Below are positions 13,825 to 26,771 of a stretch of DNA of 64,000 nt, piece by piece (the first letter of the stretch is position 1; each line of letters starts with the position of its first letter). The stretch comes from Octopus sinensis. Lineage: Eukaryota. The DNA lies in assembly GCF_006345805.1 (NCBI RefSeq), contig NC_043008.1:32240001-32304000 (forward strand), given 5' to 3'. The notes beneath the pieces were generated by a model that had not been told where the DNA came from, made no database searches, and saw only the letters and a list, made by a program, of their open reading frames with translations. A program made the translations under genes and the position numbers.

Positions 13825-14105
13825 TATGCCTGGCTCATAAGGGCCGGTTTCCCGTTTTTTTGGCGTATAGGTTCCCCACCTGGACGGGACACCGGTCCGT
13901 TCCAGGTGAGCCGCAAGATGCAGGAGGAAAGAGTGAGAGAAAGTTGTGGTGAAAGAGTCAGCAGAAGATCGCCATTACCTTCTGCCAGAGCCGCGTGGAG
14001 CTTAAGTGTTTCGCTCATAAACACACACATCGCCCGGTCTGAGATTCGAACCCGCAATCCCTCGACCACGAAGCCGCTGCTCTCACCACTAGTCCATGTG
14101 CCTCA
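13825..14105 (-). mobile_element. tRNA-derived SINE family C
   Basis: Minus head gaggcacatggactagtggtgagagcag...ggttcgaatctcagacc; matches 49570-49870. Confidence 0.75.
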
Positions 14106-14615
14106 ACGCGTTCCGGTGGTTGTGAAACAGAAATACGTAACTGTGGAAGCGTCACTGCTGTGGCCCATGAATCCGAGGTCAATGAATCTCCCATTCGTTC
14201 CATTTATGAAGACCATGATGATTCAGTTATCACTGATTTTCTTTTTTTATGATCCAACTCCCGTATTAAACGAGGAACGATGTATACCTTTGTTTATCAA
14301 GACTTCGGTCAGCCTTCTACGGGAGCCAGTACAAAAAGATCTGTAGCTTTGTTCCTTCGTAGAAGTATTTTGCTGTATCTGACCATTTCGTTTGATGAGG
14401 AGCTATTGACATGTATGTTCTTTCTTTCAGGTGGATCCTTCGCTAGTTTGTACAAGGAAGTGTCATGCGCCTATAACTGTTTATTTTGCTTTGTCTTACT
14501 TCGTATTGTAATTTCTTATTTTTCATTTTGTATTTTGCAAGTATCGAGTGTTACATTCCGTGTTTCAGACAGGTTCTCTGTGAAAATTTAAAACTTATAT
14601 GTGTGTGTGCGAAGG

Positions 14616-14716
<101 letters not shown>

Positions 14717-15096
14717 TGTATGTATGTATGTATGGATGTATGTATGTATGTATGGATAGATGGATGGATGTATATGCACGTGTGTCTGTGAATACGTACA
14801 CACATACACACACATACATACATACATACATACATACATACATACATACATGCATGTATGCATACATACATACATACATACATACATACATACATACATA
14901 CATACATACATCCATACATACAAACATACATGCATACATACATACATACATACATACATACATACATACATACATACATACATACATACATACATAAGCG
15001 GGATGTAAAAATACATTACGAAGGATATATCATTAACAATTCATAATTATTTACGATTATATCAATGGCCAAAACATACAATCAAAAATTTCATAA

Positions 15097-15537
15097 AGGA
15101 AGTGTGTATAATTATGAACAAATTACAATTATAACAGAGAGAGTTTCAGAAACCCTAACATGTCTAGAAATAGCAGTCAAAACCTCTATAATGCCACTAT
15201 AACCACTCATATTTTATCTCTTCACAATAAAGCAGTCGGCGGGCGACATGACATAAAATTCAAAACTTGAACAAAAGGTTAATTCTTTATTGCAGTTTCG
15301 AAGTTAGGAACCAAAAACGGTTCCGCTCTTCTCTTCAGGAGAGCATTCCTGTAGATACAAATGTAAAGTTTTGAATCTTATGTCATGTCGCCCGCCGACT
15401 GCTCTATTGTGAACAGATAAAAAATGAGTGGTTATAGTGGCTTTATAGAGGTTTTGACTGCTATTTCTAGACATGTTAGGGTTTCTGAAACCCTCTCCGA
15501 TATAACTGTGATTTGTTCATAATTATACACACTTCCT
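15097..15537. repeat. Foldback with ~170-bp arms around a hammerhead-like loop
   Basis: 15097-15268 vs 15366-15537 inverted, roughly 90% identical; ends in (TA)n. Confidence 0.9.
15292..15340 (-). ncRNA. Hammerhead-like motif, cleavage triplet lost
   Basis: CUGAAGA-GAAG..GGAACC(GUUUUU)GGUUCC..CUUC-GAAAC-UGC-AAUAAA. Confidence 0.55.
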
Positions 15538-15572
15538 ATATATATATATATATATATATATATGCGTACATA

Positions 15573-16785
15573 TGCGGGATAACTCCCCAAAATGTTATAT
15601 ACTTTAACACCTGAGAACTCATTTAAATTTTATTTCTTTTTGCATTTAACTCATTAGAGATAATGAATGGAGTTAGACCAAACCTTGTACAAAGGAAATT
15701 CATACTAAAGTACTACTGGAAGTTTGAAAACACTGTCAAAGCGCAAAGAGAGTTTAAGAGGGAATTTCAAACGGATCCACTATTGCGACTTACTACCACT
15801 CGGATTAGAAATAAATTTGAAACCAATGGAATGGTTCAGAATGTCTACAGGAAACGTTTTGGAAGACGGCGGCTTTGGACGAGCCTTGCAAAGAAAGAAA
15901 GGATACTAGAAACGTATTAGCATAATTCAAGAAGATCTGTGTGGTGAGTGAGACATAATATAGGAATTTCAATGTCAAGAGTCTATTGCATTTTGAAGCA
16001 CTGCCATTGGAAAGAGTCCATAACCTCAATGAAGACTTTCCGAACCGAGGAGTTAATTTTTGTGAGTGGTACATGGCAAGATGTGTAGAATATGCACGCT
16101 TTCCAATAGAAATTGTTTGGAGTGATGAGGCTACATTAAAATTAAATGGCTGATTTGACCGTCACAATTGCACCCATTCGGGACGTCAGAATCCACATAT
16201 TATGGAGGAACATCATGTTAGATAACCAGGAGGTACAGTATAGTGCTGCTCATCAAAAAGATTAAATGTGCCATTCTTTTTTTATGGTACTTGCTGAGAC
16301 AATTTGTCGTACCAACCATTAAAGAGAACACTTAGAAGATGTGGAGTTATACTGTCAGCAAGATGGGACTGCCACACTACCATACTAAGGTAAGGGCCTA
16401 CAATCATTAAATTTTGACAGACAGGTGGATTGGACAAAGAGTCTCACTCAAATACCCTCTGCATTCAACGGACCTCACACCATTAGACGTTTTTTTTACA
16501 GAGATATTTAAACGATAAAGTCTACCTTACAAAACCGACGAAATGAGAACTACTATTGAACATGAATGCACACAAATAACAAACGAGATATTTCTTGATG
16601 TTTCTTGTTACAAGTTTTAAGCAGCGTCTGGTCCAGAAAGGTCATCGTTTCGAAAATAGGTGCTCATGAAAATATTCAATTCTGCACGTGAATTCTAAAA
16701 AATATTGAGAATAAAATGTATGTTAATAAACATTATTTACTTTATAATCATTCAATCTGTTTATACACGTTTTGGTCACACCCTG
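15573..16785 (+). mobile_element. Tc1/mariner transposon, rosa(DD41D)-like, decayed
   Basis: N-terminal HTH (15663-15920), [21 protein letters not shown]; right TIR ...ggtcacaccctg+TA; left TIR degraded. Confidence 0.85.
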
Positions 16786-16959
16786 TATATATAGGTTTGT
16801 GCGTGTGAGTGAGTGTGTGCGCGTGCGCGAGGATGGGTTTGAATATGTATCATTGCTTGTGCCTATACTATTTATTCATATACATGTATACACACGCAGA
16901 GAACGCACACACGCACACACACAAACACACACACACACACACACACCACCACCACCACC

Positions 16960-16991
<32 letters not shown>

Positions 16992-17616
16992 TATCATCAT
17001 CAAATTGTACTTGTAGAGTAACGTGTGAATTTTTAAAAATATTTTCTCGTCAAGGCGGAAATGTAAGATTCTTGTTCTTTAACCCTAGGTTAGATCTGAC
17101 CAGACAGACCTGTTTTCAAAGGATTTACGGCCGTGATCGTTCCACCAGACCTGTGTTCAAAGGCATTACGACCGTGATCTGTCCATCATTGCCTGATGTG
17201 TCCTTGCTGTCTTTTAACACAAATTTAAGTGGTATCAAATTGAATTAGGCTACTATTTCTAGCACACCGAAGCACCAAATAGAATGCTTCTGTAGTTTAG
17301 TGAGGTTGCGTGTTTCACCTCGTGCTTGCTTAGGTACAGGTGGATGGTATTTAGGGTGTGAACTGTTTAGTTATTCGTGGTCAGATGATAGATGGGAACT
17401 GAAAGTTAAAAGACAAATCTATGGACACGATACGGGAAAGGGCGTCACCTTTACTAGATAAGGGAGCGTAGTTGTTATATTTAGTTTTGTTCAAAGTATA
17501 TACATGTGTATACATTCAAACATACAAACTCACACACACAAATATTTATTCTTGTCTATATACATATACATGCATATACATACATACATACATACATACA
17601 TACATACATACATACA

Positions 17617-17648
<32 letters not shown>

Positions 17649-17874
17649 CATATATATATATATATATTAATCAATATAAGGGTAGCAAAAAATTCAATAG
17701 AAATTTTTTCGCCACCAGCGGTCTAGTGAGAATGAGAAAATAGTCACAGACTATATATATATAAATTCAACAATATTAAGGAACGACCCCGATAGGCCAT
17801 TCGACCCACTAGAAAGAGCAGCCAAGACTCAAACCTCTAAATAGTAGTAATTCAGAAATATTGTGAATATATAT

Positions 17875-17966
<92 letters not shown>

Positions 17967-17999
17967 TGTGTTTGTGTGTACTTGGCGCGTTAGCTATTT

Positions 18000-18410
18000 G
18001 AGGATAAAATTTTAATTTAAGGAAAACAAGAATGTTTATTAGAAAAGTCAATTCTGTATATATTTAGAGAATTTGTTATACGTATTTTTATATACAAATA
18101 GTAAAAGACAGTTTAATATAATCGCCACCAACCTCGATTACTGCCTCGATAGGACTTCTGAAACGACTAAATACGTTGATCAGGTGATCTTTATTCATGT
18201 TGGTCATAACGTCTCCAACAGCAAACATCAATGAGTCCTTGACATTGTGGGTATGCTTGTTGGTCTCCCTCTCAACGACGCCCCATACAGGGTAGTCCGG
18301 GGGTTTAAATCAGGAAAGGTAGAATTAACACGATCACAAAAATTTTCGGCCATCTGCTCGTGGGAGGGAACAGTCTTGCTGGAACACGTACGGCCTTCTC
18401 CCGGGCATCT
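18000..18410 (-). mobile_element. maT-like transposase C-terminal fragment
   Basis: Minus: (F)PDLNPxDYPVWGVVERETNKHTHN, homologous to the 9040-10278 C-terminus. Confidence 0.7.
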
Positions 18411-18908
18411 CTTTCGATCCAGGATTTGACAACAGTCTCTAATGGCTCGCTGTGGATTTGGAGGAATTGGTTCAAGGTACTTGTGCTTCAGTTTGTGTAC
18501 AATGATAAGGTAGTTTATGGGCCTGTATTTCCCTAGCAAAATAGTGCTTACGTCTTGGCTCCTATGCTTGCTCGTGCTATGAGAAACCATTTCGGTATGT
18601 CAATGTAGCATTCCGATTTTTTGGTAAGTAGTTGTATATCTTTAATTTGTTTCAGTCATTGGACTGAGGCCATGTTGGAGCATCGCCTTAAAGGGTTTAA
18701 TGGAATAAATCGACCTCATTACTTATTTTTTTTTAATCCTAGTGCTTATTCTATCGATCACTATTACCGAACCAACGCTAAGTTACGGGGACGCAAACAC
18801 GCTAGTATCGGTGTCCAAGCTGCGGTGGGGAACAAACATAGACATAAAAACACACACACATACATATACATACACGCGCGCTCACACACTTGTATGTATG
18901 TATATATA

Positions 18909-18963
<55 letters not shown>

Positions 18964-18977
18964 GTGGCGTTCAATCA

Positions 18978-19054
<77 letters not shown>

Positions 19055-19112
19055 TATATACATACATATATGAACATACATATATATGTATAGATATGTA
19101 TATATGGGTACA

Positions 19113-19632
19113 GGACGTCACAAAACGTTAACAACATGAAATACGAAAATGAAGTTGGGTATGTAAACAACGAGAGAAACAAATGGAAAATAAGACAAGT
19201 AACATAAAAATGACCCTTCATCAGTTGTCTGCTACCCTTCTACTCCTTATTTGGGGATTTGCAGAGGGTCAAATTTGGTAATAAAAAGAAGATAGTGGAA
19301 ACAAACAAGGAAACCGAACGAAAACAAACATGGAGGGTCGATACACCAGATGAGGTAAAGTAGTGAACGCTAGAGAAATATTGTCTTTAACAAGAGAAAA
19401 GATAGAAGAGGAGATAGATAGGAATACGTGTAGTCTGTACGACAGCACTGAAGGAAAAGAAAGATTGACGATGGTCACGTTTGAGCCACAAGAGAGAGAG
19501 AGAGAGTAAAGGAGGTAGAGGGGAGAAAGAGAGGCAGACAGAGAGAAAACGGTGAAGGGGAGAAAAAGAATTAGAGAAAAGATATCTCTTTTATCTTTTC
19601 TCGTCAAAGACAATATTTCTCCAGCGTTCACT
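19113..19632 (-). mobile_element. Penelope-like terminal repeat with permuted hammerhead-like motif
   Basis: Minus: GACCCU...CUGAUGA-AGGGUC; purine-skewed body; internal inversion 19362-19417/19583-19632. Confidence 0.55.
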
Positions 19633-19679
19633 GTACCCATATATACATATATATGTATGTTCATATATGTATGTATATA

Positions 19680-19738
<59 letters not shown>

Positions 19739-19853
19739 ATATATATATATATATATATTATTTGATTGAACGCCACATATATATATAGATATATATATAT
19801 ATATTATATATATATATAAAATGATCAAAATAAAACATAATGCCAAGGATTCA

Positions 19854-19931
19854 GCGGTACATATGTTTCGGGCCTTTATTAGACAGATTTATAACAATGC
19901 ATAATGTATGTCTGTGGCCTTCTTCAGCCGC
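19854..19931 (-). ncRNA. Intact minimal type I hammerhead ribozyme
   Basis: GCGG-CUGAAGA-AGGCC-ACAGAC...GUCU..GGCC-C-GAAAC-AUAU-GUA-CCGC; all core nucleotides present; palindromic stem III. Confidence 0.85.
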
Positions 19932-20269
19932 GCACAACAGCTTCCACAAGGACATGTGTTACATGGGTTACACAGGGTTACACAGGGTTACACAGGGTTA
20001 CACAGGTGCTTATAATTATCAAGTACTCACCCCGAATTTCTATGTATATATATATATATATATATTATTTGATTGAACGCCACATACATACATATATATA
20101 TATACACACACACATATATATATATATATACATACATACAAGTGTGTGAGCGCGCGTGTATGTATATGTATGTGTGTGTGTTTTTATGTCTCGTCTGGTC
20201 TATCGACTCTCCATGTTTGGTTTCGTTCGGTTTCCTTGTATGTCACCATTGTCCTGACAAATTATAATC

Positions 20270-21055
20270 CCAACAATGGTTGAGAAACTCGGGACTCAAA
20301 GCAGAGACTGAAAGGCTTTTAATTGTGGAACAAGATCAAAGCATCTCATCCAGAAAACACCAAAAACACACAATGAAGAAAAATGCAATAGGTAACTGTT
20401 TCGATAGGAGAAGAAACAATAAATTAGATTGATCCTGGCTGCCCAGTTCAGACTAAAAAGGAATATGTTCACAGACATGACACAGTAGGGACCTATATAC
20501 ACTGGAAGCTATGCCAGCGTTATGAGAAGACAACTGTAAAAAGATGGCATAGGCATATCCCAGAAAAGAACTCAGAAAACGATAAAGCAACTATACTCAG
20601 AGATATGCCAATACACAAAAATAATGAGATCAAAGCTAAAAGATCAGATATAGTTGTTAGAGACTATCAAGCAAAAATGCCTTCTAATCAACATATTAGT
20701 TCCAAGAGATGACACTAACTCTAAAAGAAACGGAGAATCTTTCGAAATACAAAGATATGGAAAAAGAGATAACCCGAACGTGGATTCTGAAAGCAGAAAC
20801 AATCCCTTTGATAATAGGTGCTTTGGGTATGATTGAAAAACATACGAACAAATACATAACCAATATACCAGCACTTACGAATATATGTAACATACAAATA
20901 ATAGCACTACTAGGAATCGCACACATCATACGTAAAGCATTTTCAATACAATGAAAGTAGCAATACCAAAACAAACCACAGCATGTAACCAAGGTGCACA
21001 GAGCTGCACTCGCTAGTGCAGTGAAAATACATAAAGAAAATAAGACTACTGAAAA
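20270..21055 (+). mobile_element. 5'-truncated R4/Dong-like non-LTR retrotransposon (zinc finger + RLE endonuclease), decayed
   Basis: WLRNSGLKAETE, RHDTVG..IHWKLC, RSDIV, VPRD, PLIIGALG; 3' end runs into (AAT/AAC)n. Confidence 0.85.
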
Positions 21056-21132
21056 ATAATAATAATAATAATAACCATAACAACAACAACAACAGCAGCA
21101 GCAGCAGCAACAACAACAACAACAACAACAAC

Positions 21133-21168
<36 letters not shown>

Positions 21169-21228
21169 CATAACAACAACAACAACAACAGCAGCAGCAG
21201 CAGCAACAACAACAACAACAACAACAAC

Positions 21229-21284
<56 letters not shown>

Positions 21285-21848
21285 TAATAATTTTATTTAG
21301 AAAAGGATAAAGGTTAGAGGTACGCTGGTTTCAAATGAAATAGTATGTTTCGTTAAACATAAACCTACATAAATAAAGCTTTGATAAGAGAACGGTTTGC
21401 TTTGTACGTAGGCTTATATTTGCTTTTATCTGTAACCAAAATGCTATTCCCTCTGTTAATATAAAATCCAGCATATGATAGTCACCTACTAAGAATTAAT
21501 GAGCCTTGGGTTTTGTCGTCTCAATCGGCATCGCCCGGTGGCATTTTTATGTGCAACGACGTGACAGAAACAATCTGATTCCCATCGTTGAATGAGAGAG
21601 TGAAACTGGTTCGGTGATTCATTCAGGAGTATGGTCTACATATGAGAAGCATAGTGACAAGTAATTAGCGCCTTTAACGGTGAAACCGCAACGAAAATTT
21701 ATAGAAAGTTTTATGGATCAGCAACGAGCGTTAGTGTTTCAAGGGATAGTGACTTGTTGACTAAATGCGCATTGTAAAAATTCTAAAAAGACAAAAAGAA
21801 AAAAAAGAGAGAGATGTCAGCAGTAATTTTAATTACATATTGCATATT

Positions 21849-22228
21849 GGCACTCCGTCGCTTACGACGACGACGGTTCCAGTTGATCCGATCAACGGAA
21901 CGGCCTGTTCGTGAAATTAACGTGCAAGTGGCTGAGCACTCCACAGACACGTGTACTGTTAACGTAGTTCTCGGGGATATTCAGCGTGACGCAGAGTGTG
22001 ACAAGGCTGGCCCTTTGAATTACAAACACAACAGAAACAGGAAGTAAGAGTGAGAGAAAGTTGTGGTGAAAGAATACAGCAGGGTTCGCCACCATCCCCT
22101 ACAAGAGCCTCGTGGAGCTTTAGGTATTTTCGCTCAATAAACACACACAACGCCAGGTCTAGGAATCGAAACCGCGATCCTATGACCGCCAGTCCGCTGC
22201 CCTAACCACTGGGCCATTGCGCCTCCAC
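21849..22228 (-). mobile_element. tRNA-derived SINE family C
   Basis: Minus head ggaggcgcaatggcccagtggttagggcag; tail ...gatcggatcaactggaaccgtcgtcgtcgtaagcgacggagtgcc. Confidence 0.8.
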
Positions 22229-22873
22229 AACATATTGCATATATCTGTTGGAAAATGACAGAGAAAAGATGCAAGTGATTTTCTTTTATCTCAATGATAT
22301 ACAAAGTGTCAGTGGCATACATTGGAACGCGCGGAGTGTGTGGATCACACATGACGGCCACTATATGTTCGTGCGTTTGCTGTCATCGAATTCGGCTTCC
22401 CATAGGGTCACTCGAACCCATGCAACGCCATTGTGATTTTTATAACATTAAAAGATTTTATACGATGACTATTCTTTGTATGTAAATGCTGAAGCATAAT
22501 TCCTTCTATCAGAATGGTTTCAAATTTTGGCACAAGGCCAGTGATCAATCAGCTGGTACTTATTTTATCGACTTCGAAAAGATGAAAGACGAATTCGACC
22601 ACGGCAGAATTTGAACTCAGAAGGTGAAGACGGATGAAATGCCGCTAAGCGTTTTGCCTGGTGTGCTAACGATTCTGCCAGTTCGTCGCCTTAATTTCTT
22701 CCATAATAATAACGCATATTACACATACATACATACATACATACATACTTACATACATACATACATACATACATACGTACGTACGTACGTACATACATGC
22801 ATACATACATACATACATACATACATACATACATACATACATACATACATACATACATACGTACGTACGTACG

Positions 22874-22907
<34 letters not shown>

Positions 22908-23231
22908 CATGCATACATACTTACATACATTATCTATATATATATATATATATACATATCTATGTATATAGATAGATAGTTGTATGTATGTATATAAACA
23001 AATATGTGTGTGTGTGTGTGCACACATGCATATACACACACACATATGCATACATGCATAAATACTCACACACATGCATATAATTAAGCAATATATTGAC
23101 TTGATGGGTGTATTTTTGTAATTTCCGTTTGGGATTTATATTTGACTTATAGTTTACTTTCCTTTAGTTATATTATACTGAAGTAGACGACGACGATGGC
23201 GGCGGCGACCGCACTCTATGGTACTATAAAC

Positions 23232-25037
23232 AAGGGGCAGCCTACGTTTTTTACATCGTCGCCCACTACATGTTGAAAGACTTTCCTCCACTCATCAGTA
23301 AATCAAATATGCAAAAGCATACCAGAAATGTTTTGGTAAAAGTTTATTACTGGTTCGACCAGTGAAGCAATGTTGTACGTCGCAATCATCCAGTTGTCTT
23401 GTTGCGCAGTCGTTTTCTGAAATTCGGAGATCAACGGTTTCCGCTGTTCAAATGAGGTATTAAGTTGTAAGAAATATGACAAAGGTTTTTCTTTCTGGTC
23501 AGCATGCTTAGAATATAACTGATACTGGAACCGTGAAGGTTTCATGGCTTCGTTGATTTAAGTTTGGTTACGCATGAGACACAGAGGTAAGTGACTGCTC
23601 TGAGGGGAAACGTTAAACTATAAGATAAATAATCAGTGCAGAACTGACGGCAAATTTTCTTAAATGAAGGCATTGAGGTGTTTCAAAATTGTACAATACG
23701 CAGAGAAAATAGTCGGAACAACAGATAATATTTTGTTCACCAAGTTATATTGTTACTCGAAGCCTGTTTTCAATAATCCACAAATACAAGAACGCAAGAG
23801 TGTTGCAGTCACTTGGCGATCAATGCAATCTAACATCTTTAAGTGGCTGTTTGTTTATATGAGCATGCGCATTGCGCTGCAAGCAAGTTCCATCTTTGGA
23901 TTCTCAAATTTTATCTGACATTATCGTCCGCGCCTCCTTATCTACAGTCTGTCAGCAGAGTTCTTAGAGACCAATGCCTGTGTCAATTTTATGTGTGACC
24001 TCTCGGTGCTGGCGGCGTTGGAGATAAAGTTGTTCATGGTCTTCACTGTCTGATTTATATCCGAAATAAAAAGACCACCCCCACCAAAAAAACCCCCAAA
24101 CAAATGGTATTTTGTTCGAAGAGCTATTTGAACGTTAATGATCCAGACCTTTTTCGGCTGATGCCATAAATTTGAAAATTTTAAAATTAAATGAAAAGTT
24201 TCAAATTTGTCATACTGATGTAATTTTTCATGCTGAACCTGAATTCGGGATTCATTTATTTTCAGAAACATTCAGAAAAATCTGACAGAAATTCAAAGTT
24301 TGATCATTTTTAGTTCATTCAGAAAACAGGAATCGGAATCTGGCATTTTCTACGTGATAGCTGTCTCTCACAAAATGACAGACAAAAATAGTAACAGGCA
24401 CGAAATGATATCGCTCGTCATAACTTGTGGTGGTGGTTTCGGTGGAGAAAGTGTCAGAGTCGCACTCGTACTGTGTTCTTGTTACAATGAAAACTGAGTA
24501 GACTACAGATTCGCTTGTTATTATGAAAACATACACAAATATGAGATTTACGGCTATGTGTATAACTGTGGTTTTCGATTGGCTAAAATCATCCAAAATT
24601 TGCAAACATTAAAAGCTATTAACTTTTTATTTATTTACAGTAAAATTGAATTTCATTTTGGCATACAAAACTAAACCGGTATAATCAAATTTGGGAACAA
24701 TTGGAACAAAATTGAAAAAAATACGAAATCTGTGAGAGCAACTGAATAAATCCGATGACCGTCCTCAAAGTAATAGACGATATCAAATGTTCCTTGTTTG
24801 CGAAGATATATCTTATCAAAGAATTTGGTCCAGTTATTCCCATTTAGCCTTCTGTTTTTTTTTCATACGAATTATGTACATATTTCTTGGGCATATTTTT
24901 GTGGGTTAGCTCAAAATCCTATATCGCTCACCAAAATTTCCGGTCACCCACGATTTTCTATTCAGTTACTCATCACTCATCCAACAGTTGAAATCGCTCG
25001 CCGGTGGGGACGATATCGCCCAATTTAGGAAATCCGG
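23232..25037 (-). mobile_element. Internally deleted hAT (Buster/Charlie, ZBED5-like) element
   Basis: Minus 23680-23300: KKICRQFCTDYLSY...LPLCL...MKPSRFQYQLYSKHADQKEKPLSYF (BED-type N-terminus); degenerate hAT-like ends; possible 8-bp TSD ctataaac/atttaaac. Confidence 0.65.
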
Positions 25038-25381
25038 ATTTAAACCCTTTTGTCTGGTACATGATCAATACTATCACCTTCGGTACTTATTTACAATGTT
25101 CATTACCTTAGCATAAAGGGCGGGTACATTTATACATTTTGTAATTTTGCACAGTCCAGTACATATGAATAAATAATTAAATAAATACCGTATGATGGAC
25201 AACGTAATAATCTAGAATTTTTACAAGATCTAGCGACCACCTTAAGTGTCTTCCTTTGGTTATATATCGAGGTCTCATTCATCCTTTTGTTGTCATACTA
25301 TTGCTATACATGCATACATACATACATACATACATACATACATACATACATACATACATACATACATACATACATACTTAA

Positions 25382-25417
<36 letters not shown>

Positions 25418-26203
25418 AGAGAGAAAGAAAGACCTAGCATCAACCAATTATTAAACATAAAGCATATAAACCAGCTGACAATATTAAGTTGTATTATAAA
25501 TAATACGCAAATTACTCTTACCTTAGGGCGGGTACATTCATACATTTTGTAATTTTGCACAGTCCAATGCTTATAAATAAATAATTGAATAAATACCGTA
25601 TGATGGACAACGTAATAAAAATGTAACCCAGAACGGACAATATAAGAAATTACATATTTGATTATTGCTCGTTGAGCAGAGTGGCCCAGTGGCTGCATAC
25701 TAATCTCAAAACCCAATTTTCTTGTTTTCTTTTTGTTTTTGTGTATTTGTATATCGCAAATGAGTCATCTCATGTAGCTACTTGTAAAAAGAAATTCATA
25801 CAAGGTCAAAGGGTCACCAACTGACCGGGATACATAAAAAATCCAAGCAGTCTAGTTGGTAGAGACGACAACACCAAGAAGACTTTTCGTTTAATATACA
25901 GGATATATAGGGCAAGGTTAAGTTCTCTTTGCAACCACGTGGTTTCGGGTTCAGTTCTACTGGGCAACATTTTGAGCAGGTTACTTCTACTTGTAGCCTT
26001 GGGTCAACGACTTGTGAATTAATCTAGAAGATTTAGAAGACTGAAATTCAGCGGAAACTTATCGTATATATATATAAACAGAAAGGGAAGAATTTCGATT
26101 GTCCCCGCGTAGCGAGTTGTAATATATATAAGAAATTAAAGAAGGAAAATGCACACACTTTACATAGTTTTAATATAATTTTTAATATATTTTATATTGT
26201 GAT

Positions 26204-26236
26204 TGTCGACCGGTTTCGCTTTCGCTAATCATGATA
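26204..26236 (-). ncRNA. Minimal hammerhead ribozyme, A3-U8 variant
   Basis: UAUC-AUGAUUA-GC(GAAA)GC-GAAAC-CG-GUC-GACA. Confidence 0.7.
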
Positions 26237-26486
26237 TTAAAATTTATTTAAATACGTATTTTCTTAAGAAAATTTCTCTTGTCCATGTTGTATGTATATA
26301 TATATTTCTCACCTCCCCCAACCCAAAGATGAACAATTTTCTCCCCTGTCTCTAATAATAACGATAACCAATTACCTCCCCATAGATTTTTCTACTTGTT
26401 GAATTATTCATTCATAAACTCCACACACAACATGGACAAAAAAAAAAAGAATTACTAAAGAAAATACGTATTTAGATAAATTTTGA

Positions 26487-26519
26487 TGTCATGATTAGCG
26501 AAAGTGAAACCGGTCGACA
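26487..26519 (+). ncRNA. Minimal hammerhead ribozyme, A3-U8 variant
   Basis: UGUC-AUGAUUA-GC(GAAA)GU-GAAAC-CG-GUC-GACA; stem I UGUC/GACA; palindromic ACCGGU stem III. Confidence 0.75.
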
Positions 26520-26771
26520 ATCACAATATAAGATATATGAATAAATGATTCAAGAAGTAGAAAAATTTAAGGGGAAGTAATTGGTTATCGTTATTATTAT
26601 GGACAGGGGAGATAATTGTTCATCTTTCGGGAGGGGGGGAAATATATATATACACGCAAAAATTTAAAAAATAGAGTAGTGGAGAGAAATATGTACAGTG
26701 ATGAGTATGTAATCGTGAATTAAAATATGTAAAGAAGTCAAAGTTGGTTATACGAGCATATTTAGACGTGA

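Noticed and set aside
13699-14346. 215-aa ORF
   Set aside because: Runs through an antisense SINE; no recognisable protein
19961-20006. CRISPR or true telomeric array
   Set aside because: No spacers, and the unit is a 10-mer rather than TTAGGG
23195-23278. ATGGCGGCGGCG as a gene start
   Set aside because: Frame closes after 27 codons and runs into the hAT end
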